This document shows positions 1 to 15,000 of a stretch of DNA of 64,000 nt, piece after piece; the first letter of the stretch is position 1; every line of letters begins with the position of its first letter. The notes beneath the pieces were generated by a model, which was not told where the DNA came from, did no database searches, and saw only the letters and a program-made list of their open reading frames with translations. The DNA comes from Fimbriosthenelais zetlandica (taxonomy: Eukaryota). The stretch spans positions 20,708,001 to 20,772,000 of the forward strand of contig OZ365110.1 in the NCBI GenBank assembly GCA_977030845.1. The letters are read 5' to 3'. Position numbers and translations under genes: made by a program.

Positions 1-3000
1 TTTCATTGGTAGAGGGGAATCGGCAGCAGACCTAGGCAGGGCAGGTTGGCCCTTGGATCCTCCCTCGTTGACTTAAACGGATCATCCTGGAGGATTATTG
101 TCATCGCGCGATTACCCACGATACTCACGCGCGATTAATATTGTTGATGTGATAGTGCTGTAACTTGCACCACACACCAGCAACAAGGGCGACTAACATC
201 CTTAAATACATTTTCATATTCACCCCAGGAGGAAATGCCATGATAGCTTGCTATCAATCTTAAGGGAACAAAACCCACGATGACTTGGCACATTGAGCGG
301 ATGCATTATGTATTAGAGCTCCATTTGCCTTCTTCGCTATGATAAATGACTTTATGATTTGGATTATTAATTCATTCAGCCCAAAAGGAATGGGAGTCGG
401 TCCCAACAACACAGACACACACAAGAATTTTACTAGCAATCTTTCCAAACGCAGTCAAGTTAGAGCCGCAATCTCTAGAGTGCAGCGCTCCTTACAAGGT
501 GGAATAATGCATTGGTAGCAGCAGTGGCACTTCTCTATAATAACTTTTGCATTTAGGGCTTGGAGCTGATAATAAAATAATGCTGTTACTCTAATCATAC
601 AAGACAATAATCCCTTCAGTGTTACAAACGTTTCTTGCAAGAAATGGCGGAAAAACAGAAGTGATTACGGTCGCGATCAATGCAAATTTTGGAAAATTTC
701 AAATTCACAAAATTTCACAATCTGAATTCTCAAACAGGGAAAATCATTCAATCATTACTTTATCATGCTATGAAATGTCACACATCACACTTAAGAACGC
801 AACAATTCATCTTTGTTCATGTTCATAAAGTGGCCTAGTTTCAGGCCATTTTCTAAAACTCATGTTTGAATTATTAAGAAGCAATCAGAATTAATTCCAA
901 TTTTCAGAGCAGCAAAGTAAAGAAGCCCTGTTCATTTCTGTATGACTAACTGCACAGTAGCCTTTCTCAGTGTTGAAGAAAGGTGGACAAAGAGAGAAAA
1001 AGAATCCTGTGAGAAGTGTAGCATTAGCCCCTTATTAACCTGTTTCTGACCGTAATGACCTTCCTGGTCAGTCTAAAGGGTGTGGTGACCTTACGGTGGC
1101 ACACGAGTGGCGGGGATCTAGAACCATTATCTGCAATAACTATAGTCTCCTGGCCACAACTCACACACCCTGACGCACCCAACCACCCACATCACACACC
1201 CACACTTTATACACAGCCCAGTCTGTAGCCAAGCCCACATTAATCATCGGCTACTCTGACCTGTCTAGGTTAAATGTGATAGAAAAGATAGGCTGACATG
1301 GTTATGTCATTAGCAACCATTAGGAATGACTGAGAAACACAATGCTTTGACTGTTACTATATTGATTATCACGAGTTGCTGGGCATGTCACTAAGCATAT
1401 GCAGCTCTTCTGAAAGGATAATATTCCCTGCTTGCTGCTTATATTGAAGCTTTTCTTGACACCTTCCTCAAAGCCTTTGTACTCAAAATCCAAGCGCTCA
1501 GAAAATGACTGATCGATGAGTGTTTTTCCATTCTAATCCTTCCGGTTTACTTGTAAAAACCGGATCACTTATACAAAATGGCTGCAAAGCCCTTCTTTAT
1601 GAGCTCTTTCAAGGCGGTTATTGATAAGTTACAAATACATACTTTATTTAAATGCCTTTGAATGTAACTAATGCAAAATATGTGCTTTATATTTTTGTTC
1701 GCAAACACAAGCAAGGTGTTTACGAACGTGTACAGACTTTGATATACACAACTTAGATCATAGTGTCTCCACGACCCGGATATACCTTATTTACAACATA
1801 CAGAATACATGATCCATCCCACCGAAATTTCTTCCCATATCAATTCCTTCGGGAACCTGTTTGTACAGAAATATTACCAATTACACTCTATTGCTCTTCA
1901 TTAAGGAAACCAGCCACATTTCACCTGAGGTGAATTCAAGATTTATTGCCAATTTGAAGCCAACAAATTATGTTTGGTGATCACTTATTAGATAGAGATA
2001 ATTCCTCTGATGTCATCCCATTAGTCATGGGCGCGTGTAGGGTATGACTCTGGAGTGGACAGTGAAGACAAATATTTCCCCAGCTGCTGTGACTGACCAT
2101 GGGGTAGACCCAGTGGGACCGCACCCAGTACCACCTATATCTCTCTTATCTAAATGGCACACCTTGAGTCTGGCTGTTATCTTAATGGCTTGTAAACCTG
2201 TCACCCGTCCGACGAGAGGTTTTCGATCATGAGTCCATCAAAAGGGCACGAATGTCAATATGAGGAGCATCCACTCCTCCCCAGATTGCAATTAGTTCTG
2301 TCTCATTAATGATTAAGACTAATCCAGCCTCATAATACCTGCTGTTATCCAGCTAAAAGGATGACAGAGACAGAATTAAGCTCGTTTCATCAATAGCCGT
2401 TTTGTACAGGTACCACATTGACTTTTATCTAATCTCTAGATCAAAGTTCTGTATTTGCTTACTAAACAATATGTGGCATTTAATCCATCAAATGGCATCT
2501 ACTCATGAGAATTGACTCCAGATGACATTTTCCATCAAGCATACATTTTCATCAATTTAATAGCCTAGAATTTTAATTTAATTGGTCTATATTATCGAGG
2601 ACTGATTTTATAGTAGGAAACACAAGGTTCCTCTCAACTCCAGCTACTCTGGATGATTTTGGAATGGCCGTGACCCATTTCCACTGCTAACCCACTCAAC
2701 TGCCCCCAACCCCCCACCCGCCACCCTTTGCCTGAGAATAATAGCTAAATGTCGGTAAAGAGCGTATCAGACACTGCCTGCAGCGAGGAAAGCTGAACGA
2801 GGGGCATTTATTTTCTTCTCGCCTTCTCCACTAAGAAGATGAATCATTCAGACGCCATAAACACATGTACAAATGGTCCAGATTTACTATAGGAACAATC
2901 TATACAGCTAGGAATCCCACACTCCACACTGATCAATCCGACCTTTCCAGAAACGCTGAACTAATGGTTTAACGTAAGAAATTGCAAAGACAAATGAATA

Positions 3001-6000
3001 ATATTAACGCCCAGGGTCTCCAGTTTTTTTAAGGCTTTTGTTTAAAGGTTCAGTTTTGCAATATATTCATTATGGGTACTTAAAATTCTGCTACCTGAAT
3101 CAATCAACAGATTCCATATACTACTTGCTTTAATCCATATATTATTACGTGCTTCATTTTCATATACTAAGTAATAGGTATATTGATAGTCTTGAAGACG
3201 AGATGTTTTATGGGGCGCCTTTCTTCTTTAAGAAACTTCAGCACAGTCTTATACATGGCGGCATAAGGCAAAGGCGAATTGGGGCAAGTAGTATATGAAA
3301 GTTAATTTGATGCTGGGAATATTGATGTAAGTAGTATGTGGAGTCGTTCAATTGATTTGGGGACGATTGATATACACATTACATGTATATCAGGAAACCT
3401 TCATTTCATTTTGGAATCATCCACATCAATTGAACAATTCAATACTTACTTACAAAATATTCAATTTTCAGTTTTTAATACACCAATATAGCAACTATTT
3501 CCCTACATATTTTGATCACATGCTTCAAGACCACCTATTTCCCTTGCCCATCAAAGCATCCTCTGGCACGACCACAAAAGAAGTCAATCCACCCGGAAAT
3601 TTCATAGGGAATTCTAGTGCAAACCACCAATGTTTTTGTATAATACCTTAGCCATACAAGCAATACCCATTGAGCTATGTTTGTGTTACCTCGAAACAAG
3701 CCCAATGAATTTCAAACTGAGGAAAGCTGTAAGTCTATGTATACGATAAGCCGAGACCTTTCGATTGAAGGGCCCGTGGTCAGGCTCTGGGCTCCTCCTG
3801 TGCCGCGATCGCTTTGAAGACTATTAATCTTAGTATCGCTGATTCATCTTGCCTGCTTTGCTTGGGTCAGGGGTTATCTCCATGTTGCGGCCACCATCAG
3901 AGACAATAGAGGTAGCGCTGTATCAAGGGATAGGGCCCTGTCAGCGAGGTAGCCCCTCAACCGTCAAACGGTTATGGATGAATCCAACTTCCCGCCTCTA
4001 ACAGATACCTCCCTACCACACACCATTAGATACGTTATCGGTCCGCAAGGGAGAATTACCTGATCAAATTCAACCTAGATGGGGCAGCGCCAGAATATGA
4101 TACCATATTCAATCATTATTTGTCAGTGAAAAAGCTAAGCATATTGGTAAACTTACTGCCAAAAGATTGGAGGCCCCAGCCACGGTCTCGAGTATAATTA
4201 CACAATGCTTCCTTCTATAATGCAAAAAGTCTTTTGCCGCTGGTTTTAAAAAGAGCTGTTTCGTGATCTTCACAATTAGAGGGAACTCTTTAATCACGTT
4301 CTCTCTGACATGTCAGATGAAACGAAAGCGGCATTCCAACAATCTTTCTGATTGAGTTGATACTTTCTTAGCTCTAAATGTCTTAAATGACACTTTCTTC
4401 AGCCAACCATCCCTTCATCCTATCCTTTTTGATTTGTGAGATCTAGAGGATATTCTTAAACTTATCGCTGATATTTACTCAAGTTATTTCTTCGAAAGAG
4501 TGATTTTTCTTTTAATCTAAGAGCACTACCTGTTACGACACAAGAAGGATCACGGTCCTTTTTAGCTAAGGATATCTACATAAGAAACTATTAGCAACAT
4601 CTTCCTCTCAAGACTGGGGTTTTTCTTTTTCACCAACCTGATCAATGATATTTTAATTAATCATTATTGCGATGCAAAAATCCCGAGAAAATCCTCCAGT
4701 TGCTCATGTGTCTGGGATAGAGAGGGCAAGTAGTTTAAGTGGGATATCAGTTTGTCACACAATCGGTCAGAGGATTGGCTCGACCCTTCTTCCATCAGAC
4801 AGCTTTACTGAGTAGTGGTAAGCAAACCTTACAATTTGGACACACCTAACTAGGCCTGCTTCTATAACACACGTCTAGTGGTCATCTATTTGGGTGTGGC
4901 CACTTTGCTCGCTCTTAAAGCTGGTCAGTATACCTGCAGGCCAATGGGTGTTAATTGCCCCTTGTTCCACTCTAGATAAGGCCTGAAGGGCCGGCCCCGC
5001 CAACACCTCTCAACCTGCTTTGCCTATGACATCAGCCACCATCCTATATGCTTAAATGGCAAGGACAAAATGATGGATGGCTAGTGTTCAGGATTTGAGC
5101 CGAGGCCTTCCTGAGCCCCTCTTCACTTCAGCCTAAATCAGCCTAAATCAAGGCCATAGACATCTCTGACATTCAAAAGTTTATAGCCCAATCATTTGCC
5201 GCGACAAACGGAATTTGTCAAGCAGTCAGCGAAGGGCTAAATTTCAGCGCTCCCCACAGAGATGTACACGGCAATTGCTTGGTGGGGGATATATATTTTT
5301 ATAACTAACGGCTGTGGGCGATAATATGTTATCATTGCCAAGGGGGTTACTGGTAAAACGATGAAGCTGACGCTAGGCCCGTTACACTATCCATAATTCA
5401 GGACTGAAAATAAGCTTCGTTTTAGCTAAAATGTGCATGGGAGTTCCTTTATTAATCCAAGATGGCGCGGTAAAATATGACACGGAAATTGCTAGTCGCT
5501 TTATCAGTTACTAATTACACAATACTATATCACTAGCTGGGACAGGTTCGCACAATGTACTTTAACATTCATAATATGTTTACTCACTATAAACTCTGAG
5601 GGATGGATTTCTGCGATCACTTAATGGGCCAGCGAACGTGCCTCTATCCATGGAACGTGTGAAATTGCAAAATGTCACTCCAAAATGTATGATAGTCAAG
5701 CGTTTCTCAGATACCAAGGCAACCAAATGGCTTCTTTCCAACTGTCTTTTCAGTCTAAAATCTAGGTCATTTTAATTACCAATACATTTATCGTTCAAAA
5801 GTCTTATCTTTCATTCAATACATATTATTAATATTTTCCAATATTTACGATCAGATACAAGGATGACCAATACAAAATTATCCTTGGTAAAAATAGATCT
5901 GGGGAAATTCTATTGTTGGGAGAGCTTCCAAAAATAAAACTTTTAAAAGAGCATTTAAACATATAGTTGAGGCTTAGTGGCTAGGCTATAGCATTGATCT

Positions 6001-9000
6001 GTGGCAGTGAGAGGTGTTGGTGGGTGGGTTGATGGTGGTGGAGGGGCAGTCCCACCATCAAAATCACCTCCACATGCCACTGACATGTAGTTCAGTAGGC
6101 GCCCAGTTAAGGACATCTCAGACCTAGGAATATAGATTGACGATCCTACGTAAGGCTCTCGCACGTACGCTATCTCATGATGACACTTGACTGATGATCG
6201 GCTATGCCAATTCTAATGAAATATAGATGTATTATCGCCCACTCACTTGCCCTCTATAGCCCCAGTTTAATTAATTATGAAATATTATTTTCTTCCTCCA
6301 GGCTTAGTTATGTGCTTCTCGTTAGAGTCACAAAGGCAGTTTTAACACATGGATAGCAGGATATTTTGTTTCATTAGCTGTAACTAACTCCTTAAAATAT
6401 GAAAGAAATACACTTGGGAAACTTAATTAATAATATCCTTAAAGCCTCACAAGACAAAAAGCTAAAATAAAAAAATATCTGTTGCATCCGCACTGAATTT
6501 CTATTCGTGTCAATCGTTGAGGCATTTCCTCCTTTAGAAATCGATCAGCCTTATTTTGATTTTTTGATCTTGGTGATCAGATAATAACGAGATCTACCTC
6601 TTTCAATGAGAGGAAACAACATAAAGATATCAAGTTGATCGGCAATGAGTCTGACAATACTGAACACGGTGGTGTCCGGGACTTTCATTAGATCAGACAT
6701 ATTTATACCCATAACTGTTGGCTTGTACTGAGAATGGCCCCCAAATGACCTCATCCACATTCGGCTGGCTACCAGAATTCCCTGTTGACTAGCATAATGA
6801 CAGCTCCCTCTGGCAAAGCACGGGACGTGTCGAGGCATATATCCAAACATTATGACTCATACAAATTCAGAGATGGAACATATTCCTATTCCCCTACCCT
6901 GGAGGAATTCCATCTCTTATTCTCTCGTGGACATGCTTCAGACCCTTATGAAGGCCTTTGATGAAGGCGCCATCTAAAAGAATATGACAGGGTCCATCCA
7001 TCGGGTAAGGAGAGAAAATGGCTACAACATGGAGTGTATCAATTCACATGAGAAGCCTGTGGAATTGGATTGTCTAATCTAGCATACGAAGTAGACCTAG
7101 TGTAGATCCAGGGGGATTCCCCTGGCAAAGCAAGCCCTAATCCCTGGTCATGTCCAGAAGGCAGTCTCCCTTCGGCTCTCTGATCCGCAGGCCTACACGT
7201 ACCATCCACCCTTAACCTGGCCCCAAAACCAAGGCCAGTATTGTGTTCAGCAAAGCAACGTTGCTCACTTAATGCACTAATACTCCAGTCAAACATGGGG
7301 TTTGGGTGATACCCCTCCAGCCTTGCTCCATATAGAAAATGAGTGCCAAAGCTACAGGTCCAGATCGTCCAACCAAGTTTAGTTGGCCGAGAGCAACAAT
7401 ACACGCTCCTAATATTATGAACTTCCTCAGTGCATTGACAGCCTTGTCCCAATGGTTTCAAATATCAACAGATTTTAGGATTATGGAAACATATTTAGTT
7501 GAGCATGAAATGTGACTTTAATATAATTGATAGAAATGTGTCTCGTTCTATATTATGGTCACAAAAAGGGCCATCTATCCAAAAGTTGAGAGGAACAAAT
7601 TGCGTTCACGGTTTATACATAGAATTAGGGGGAGGCCGACAAACAGAGGATGATGCCGATGCCAAGGGCTAAAAGTTCCCTTTTATCCGATAACCTTTTA
7701 AGGGGGTGATGTTTGCAGGATTCTTCACGGGGAAAATACGGCCAATGACTGTATAAAACAAAGCAAAGTTCAGTGAGTGTAAAAGGCCACTGATGACGGT
7801 AAGAGATCGCTTATAGTGGTTCTTGTTGTGTGAATCCTGACGCTCAATGAGTGGATGTTTGGTATTCATGGGTGGGACAGTCTTATTATGGGTTGTTACA
7901 TAGTCATTGTCTTCTATCGGCGACGCGGCTGGTGTTGACATACGATGGGTCTGGAGAGAGTTGCACCTTTTAACCTTATCATCTTTCCATCTACACTGGG
8001 TGGCGAGCAGGGGACCCACCAGACTAGGCAGGGACCCTCATTATAGCCCCAGTCATGCTCAGGCATTAAAAGTACCATCAATTTGACATTAACATGGATA
8101 AATGGAGAGGTACTTTTCACGGGAAATCCTGATTATGACCTCATTTGCCATGCATGAAAGGCCAGGCTGCTATAGGCTATGGGGGCTTGCGATCGGGGGC
8201 TATCACTTCGTGTCACACTGGGTTATGAGATCAGGAGGCCCGATAGCCTGGGATAATCACGTCCAGATACACCCTCATGTATTTGCCCATTGCCACCTCT
8301 GCCTCCCACTCATCATATCACCGCCCTACTCCCATATTTGCATTCATGACCTTGCGAGCGCTTTGGAATTGCTCTGGAATCAGATTCCAAACACCGCCTT
8401 TAGCTTCCCTGTGTAGGACGCAGAGAAAGCAGTTGTCAAGATGAATAACTATGTTGCATAATTATCAAAGACAGGATAGCAAGAATGGAGGAGATATAAA
8501 TAAACCGGAACTGTTCATTAAAGAGGCAGTGTCTGAGGAAATGTGGCCGACAAGAAGCCTGGGCTGTGTATCAAGAAAAAGCGACATAAAGACATTTGTC
8601 TTAGCGTGAAATAATGCAATGTTAAGCCATGTTAATCTTAGCTAGTCTATCCTCATGCTCATAACGGCAAGCGTAAGCCTAAAGAAGGCTTAAATAGAAA
8701 TGGAAGATGTTTTAAAGACAGTTGTTGGCTGTATGAACACCAATAGGGTGTGTAAAAGGGACATTAGATATTTCAATATCCATCACGAACGAGGTAATGT
8801 TCATGGATGCATATGGATAGTGTGTGGGATAATTAATCTTACTAATTGGTGCAATGAGATCTTTTTACCAGTTTTGATAAATGTACCCTTAAACATTAGA
8901 ATGAGGCAATGGATGGAACCTATACGGCGTTTGCTATGGTTGAAAACGCAGCCAGTGTTCAGATACAACCGGTTCACATGCCAAAGACGACGACAGATCA

Positions 9001-12000
9001 AGAGCGATCTGGAGGGTTTTTTTTTGTGGCCAGACGATATATCAAACAAGCTGTGTGTTTGTTAAAAGATAAACTGCGCATTAAGTTGGAGCCTGGGGAG
9101 GAGTATTTCTGGGTCATCACCTGTTGGCCTTGGTGAAAGACACCAGAAGAAAAGCAGCCGGCTCTGTCTGATCAGCAGAAAGGAGAGGACTCGTGACCAG
9201 CTTCTCTGGGTATCTTTGAAGCAAGCATGGAAAAGAGCGCCATAAACTATCCTTTCTGCGGTAAGCATCTGTTTACCTTGTAACTGCGGGTTCAATTTAA
9301 TTGAAGCGAGAGAGCGCTCGCATCTTAGAGACTAATCATTTCCCGTGCGGTCGGGTCAGCCTCTCCTGACAGTGACGAATCACCGGTCTCTACTGTGCCT
9401 GCGCCATGTAGCCTTTTCTCTATCCCCCTTCCCAACAACACCCAGTTCCGCTTCCTATTTCATCTAGCGCCCCCTAGACTATATCAGTGTAACAAACTTA
9501 GCTCGGATCTACAGGCACAAAGCAGTGGAAATATTGGCAAGACTCCCTGGTGAATATGATCCCCTGAAAATTGAGTATTGGAATAATGATCGCTTATAAT
9601 ATGTTTCAGTACACTTGCGTTTGGTTATAAGCTTTTATGAACTACTCATGTTTGCTCTTGCATCTCCTCCACTTCCCCTTCTCTTCACCGGCCCCACTCC
9701 CACCCACGTGGTATACATTATGTCCAAAACTGAGACCTGTTTCATAGCTAGAATACATTGCATTTGACAATGTTAACCAATATATAACACACTTTAATAT
9801 CAATCTACTCATATCTGCTCAGAAGACTAGTCATTATAGCTTCTATGAGCTTCTAGGAAACCCAGCAATTTCTAACATTCCTCCTTTTCTTCCGTTCCCT
9901 TCCTCTTTACTCCATACCCCATTTACTTGAACTGCTCAGAACGTCTCAAATAATTGTTAACTAATTGTTAACCATAATCAATTTGATAACATTTTCTCAG
10001 AAGGGAATATAGCGGTTATGAACTATACTCATGACTGCTCAGACATCTATAAAACTTACCCATCTCTCCATTCCCTTTCTCTTTACATAATAGAATGAAT
10101 GGAAATTTGTTAACTCGAGATTGCTCCATAGCAACAATTCCCATTGCAAAAGTCAATGTAAAATATGTCAATTTCCTCCCAATGGTTATTCAGAGCCACT
10201 ATGAATCCCAATCCTGCCGCCCCTCTTCCCTTTCTTACTTCTTCTCATCCCCAACTTCCACATATATCCTTTTAATTTTTTATAAAGTACCTGATTTAAG
10301 AGAAACATTAGTCCATGTCTGCTATAGGTATTGGTAATGTGAGATCTTTGTTAGGGAATATATCCCGTTTGTTTTCTGACCATTTAAAGTTTACCACTTT
10401 TTTCAACATATGAAAATAAAAATAACCACTCAAGCTATGACATATTTCCAGAGTGGCACCGACCGGTATTGTGTTTCCCTTCAGGGACTCGGCCCTTAAT
10501 TTAACTCCATTGTACAGATCTGGAGGCGGAGAGGGGTTCCCCAGGCGGGAAAGGCCAAAAGGAATTTGAAAAACTGTCATGCTCACTAGCATAGCTCTGT
10601 GGCAATGGTAGTGATGGTGACAATGATGGATGACAAGTCCACGCCTAATCTGGCTGTTTGACAGTCTCCCAGATATGCATTTTTGGGGCTGGCTTCAGCA
10701 AAGCAATGCCAGAGGCAAGAGCCTGGAGGATAAGGTATCTTGATACATACAAATTCTTAACCTCTATCAACAACCTTTTAGCTCCTATTACCACTGCAGC
10801 AACAACCTACGAATGTGTATTCCAGCTAACCTAGCTAAATAGATCTGTAACTGGAGTTTTCACATAGATCTGCTAGCCCAGGGCAGGATTAATCAGATGT
10901 GGCCTCGATACCAGAATTTTCCCCTTAAATGGTTAATGGTAATTTATACATTTAACTTGCCACATTAACTTATCTTGCGAAAGGGAGAATGCAGTCTACT
11001 TTATCTGCCCCTAAAAGAACCGTGCCGCATTGCTGGTACTGCATCACTGAAGAATTTATTATTTGGTGACAAGTCAAGGCTTGAATCCATTGTTGAAAGG
11101 CATAGACATGTAGCAGACAGCCCACGCCATCTGAAGTCGGTTAGGAGTAGGACAGGTGTAGATCAGCCTAGCGCCGTTAGAGGACGGCCATTTATCCCTT
11201 GACCTGCTGTGTGAGAGCCACATAAACTTGAACCATTACCCTACTTGACCCCCGGATCCCATTTAACCCGCGTATTCATAAATCCCATGGATCGAGTCCA
11301 TCGCTTCACAGACTGCAGCCGTCCATGCCATCATTGTGCCTCTGGCTTGGATCATACATGGCCCATGTCCGTATACAGAAAACCCCAGCTTAAAGCGATC
11401 ACAACGCTGTACTGAGCAGGGGGGATCTGCTTACAATTAAAGGGGTGTTTGTGGATCGAATCATATATAGAGAGAGAATGAAATCACCCGGCTAATGCAT
11501 GAATAATGTGGGACTGGTCGGGCACGCACATTATGTCAAATGTCACATGGAGTGGTTGCTAGGGAGCGTGATCTGGGGTTCCCAAGTGGGCTGTATGTGG
11601 GGAGAATCGCCGAGAAAATCCGAGAGGCACTGGATGTCGTCTGGTTATCAGCAAGCCCTCAGAAGTCCGCAATTAACATTATCTCTCCAGGCTACATTTT
11701 TGTCTCATCCATACATGCTTATTATTCTCACAGGGCTCACTCTCTCATAGAGGTCTAGAGTCTCCAGTCGTGGAGGAAGTCAGAAATGGCCACATCCGGG
11801 GCTCTCAGGAGGGTTGTTTGGGGCCTGTGGTAACTCCCCCGTCTTCTGCATGCCGCTTATTGAGTCGGCCATATTCTGCCAGTGTGGCATTACTTATTTC
11901 AATCCCCAAAATGAAACAAGGAGGAGAGAAAAGTGGGAAGAGAATATGGGAAGGGAGGCGGGGAAAGGAAAAGATCAAAGGAAAGAGAAAAAAGAAGATG

Positions 12001-15000
12001 GCTTGAGACTAGAGATGATGGAGAGGGATTCATTCCCTGGTAATCGGTGAACAATGTGTCTTTTTTGTACTAATTCATCGATAACTATGGCTCAATATTC
12101 TCTCCCTCTCTTGGTACCTAGATAGTAGGCCTACGAGCCAAATTACAATTCTGTTTGACTAACACATTCTGTACACTGATTTTCTAGTCCTCTAGGCTAC
12201 CTAAACAGCAAAATGTTATAGCAATGGGAAGGCCTCGAGGGAGGAGGAGCCAGGGACAGATACGAGTTCCATAAGTCTTACAGATTTAAGCAGAATTACG
12301 TTTAATCAATTGGCTTCAAAATTAACATCCTTGGGTATAAGATTTTGCAGGACGTACAGATCCCAACTGATTGAATAAAGGGAGAAATCAGAAACAGAGG
12401 AACTAAGGAGGGAAGGAGGCAAAGGGGAGGGTAAGAATGGATGAACTCATTATGCTTGACAAATTGCTAGAATCACATCCCTTGAATGCATCTTAGTACA
12501 TCCCCACAAGCGCCACTTTGTTTACCATGCAAAGCATCCCACTCCCCTTTGCTCCAATTGTGCAAAGTGTTAAAGACACGGATTTCATGTATTAACGGTT
12601 GCTGAGAATCACATTTTCACACGCCATTCCGGCAAAAGAATACTTTTCCACGTGCAAAAAGGTAGAAATAAAATGAGAAGAAAGGAATGGAGAAAAAAGA
12701 TGGGGGATGGGATGGCAATTGGAAGGTAATACCTTTTAATATTCAGAGATAGTCCATGCAGGTCTGGACTCACTGTGAGGGCATCCTCAAAAAAATCCGA
12801 CCATGGACGGATTGGAGGGGGAGGGGAGGAGGGTGTGGTGATGCTTAACGATCAGCATAGTAATCACCACTATCACCAGCATCACCTTTGGTTCACCATC
12901 AGAATACCCACACACGTTAGCAGAAAATTGGCATAATCTGGAGGCAGTTGATAATGGTTGGCCTTTGGTGTGACAGTCTGATAGGAGTACATGACAGTGG
13001 CGAGGCTCATTACTGTCCCACTCTGGCCTCACATAGTCTCTCATTACCTTTGTGTGGGGGGTGCGAGAAGCCCCTCTCTAGCCACCACCAAAGCTAAGAC
13101 CCATCCCTGTGTGTCCGACCTTTTGTCTTTGTGTAATCGGTCACATTGGGAATACTTGAACGCCTTCGACCCCCCACGCAGGCCTGGCTGCTGAGACTAG
13201 AATGGATGATGTGAAAATAATGTGTCTTGCAAGGCAGAGGTAAATGAGCAGCTAAGGAAAAATAAGGCTTATCACTACCAAACGCCTATGTTATACAGAT
13301 GCTGACATATTTTCGTTCAGTAATATTGTGCTTGCATTATATAGACTGGGTCAATGTCCTAGCCATCTTCTATTTATAAACATTCATTAAACACATGTAT
13401 TTACATTTATATGCATTATTGACAACATGAGTCAAGAGTCAGGTCCCCAGTTCATCTATGTTCATTATAATAATTATGTGCTGTGCCTAATTGGTAGTCC
13501 TACAGATAATCATAATTACAAATGTAAGAAGCAATTTCCTTCTTAGTGAACATAATTATTATAATTAAAAATAACAAGTATAAGGTCATTTAATGAGGAG
13601 GCTACTTTCTTCATGAATTATATAACAAAAAACGTCTATATTTTGTCTTTTGAAAAGCTGAATTACACATACTTTAAATTTCTATTTGCCACAAAATTAT
13701 TGTATGTTTGACATCCTAAAACACATCCATCCTCAGCCTGACAGTAATATATAATCTAGACTGGCCACCAAGGGCCCATCCACTCCTCCCCTTATACGAC
13801 ACCATGCCAGTTGTAAACTAGTTGAATTACAAATGGGGTTTCCCCCCTACTCGACAGCTAAGTGTTGGACAACATTCCTGAAATGGCAGAGGGTGGGGTG
13901 GGGATTGGAGATGGGTGGTAGGGGGTGACTTATTGACGATGGGCATCATTCATGTGTAAGTTGTATAGGGCTTTGGAAGCTGGGACTAGCTGGTGGGGTG
14001 GGGCTGGGGATCAGAGGTGCTGCAGGAGGCGGGTGGATGCCTCTTCCCCTCCTCCAGCCCCCACCACCATCTATTTCTACCATTATGGCCACCAACAGCC
14101 AACAGGTCACATGAAGCACTCTCCTGCCATTATCGCCGACAATCGGATAAATAGGCAGAGAAAGCGACCCGATCTGGTCAATGCTTAATGCATACATGGG
14201 CTGTCTTTATTATATAGGATTCCCTTGCTCCCACTCGCTGCACATCTCTATAAGGGCTTTCCTATCGGTTTGTTTAACCCAAATAGAGGTATATTGAACG
14301 AAATGGGAAGCAAAGGACTGGGCGAATCCAGAATAAAGATGGAACAAAATGCGCCCTGATATCCGGATATTATCTCCAAATAATATAACAATCATAGTAT
14401 TTATTGACCCCCTTTATTCCCTTATCTTTTTCCCTGAATGAAATCTTCATTCAGATTCAAAACTGGGGCTATGCATTCAGACAATTCTTGCTTGAACCAT
14501 TCTTAATAGTCATGGTTAAGCAGTTCAGTGACTGAAATGACAAATATATCCTAGTCAAATATCAGTATTAATGGTAGTATAGTACAAGTTTGCATAATTA
14601 TGGCCATACAAAAAGAATGCAGCTATTCAGGAGTATAAAGGCTAAAGATATGCGCTTACAGAGGTCTCAGATGGTAATAGTTCATTGACGACAGTGCCCT
14701 ACACTTGTCTGCACATATTTAGGAAGCCCATGACCCCGCCCCAATAGAACCGCCATCTGAACGTGTCTAGATCTGCCAGCAATAAAGCATAGATGTATCA
14801 AAGTTAGGAGGAAGTTGATGTTTGCCTATGTTAGCCTTAAGAGTTTTATGACTACAACAACTATAAATTGAACATTCCATCCTAGTCGAGGCCTTTTATT
14901 GAGATTCTACTACTTCCATCAAATGGCTATGAATCGGTCGTAAGGCAGTTTTTATCTCTGCTGACTATGGATGGCTTCGTCCTATTTAGCCGCATGGCTT

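Noticed and set aside
4100-4800. Stop-riddled frames faintly resembling a viral polymerase or LINE ORF
   Set aside because: No diagnostic motif is recognisable in any frame.
8230-8400. MRVYLDVII on the minus strand as a reverse transcriptase YLDD motif
   Set aside because: It lacks the second Asp, spacing to the upstream motif is wrong, and the frame has several stops.
11260-11350. QARGTMMAW...IHG on the minus strand as the missing CQAGTVxxW...AHG exon
   Set aside because: Spacing is wrong, there is no DTGQKVKQF core and no splice signals.
13049-13198. Minus-strand segment with acceptor- and donor-like ends and an open frame (SQQPGLRGG...)
   Set aside because: No similarity to WD repeats or any family I recognise; such pseudo-exons are common in long introns.
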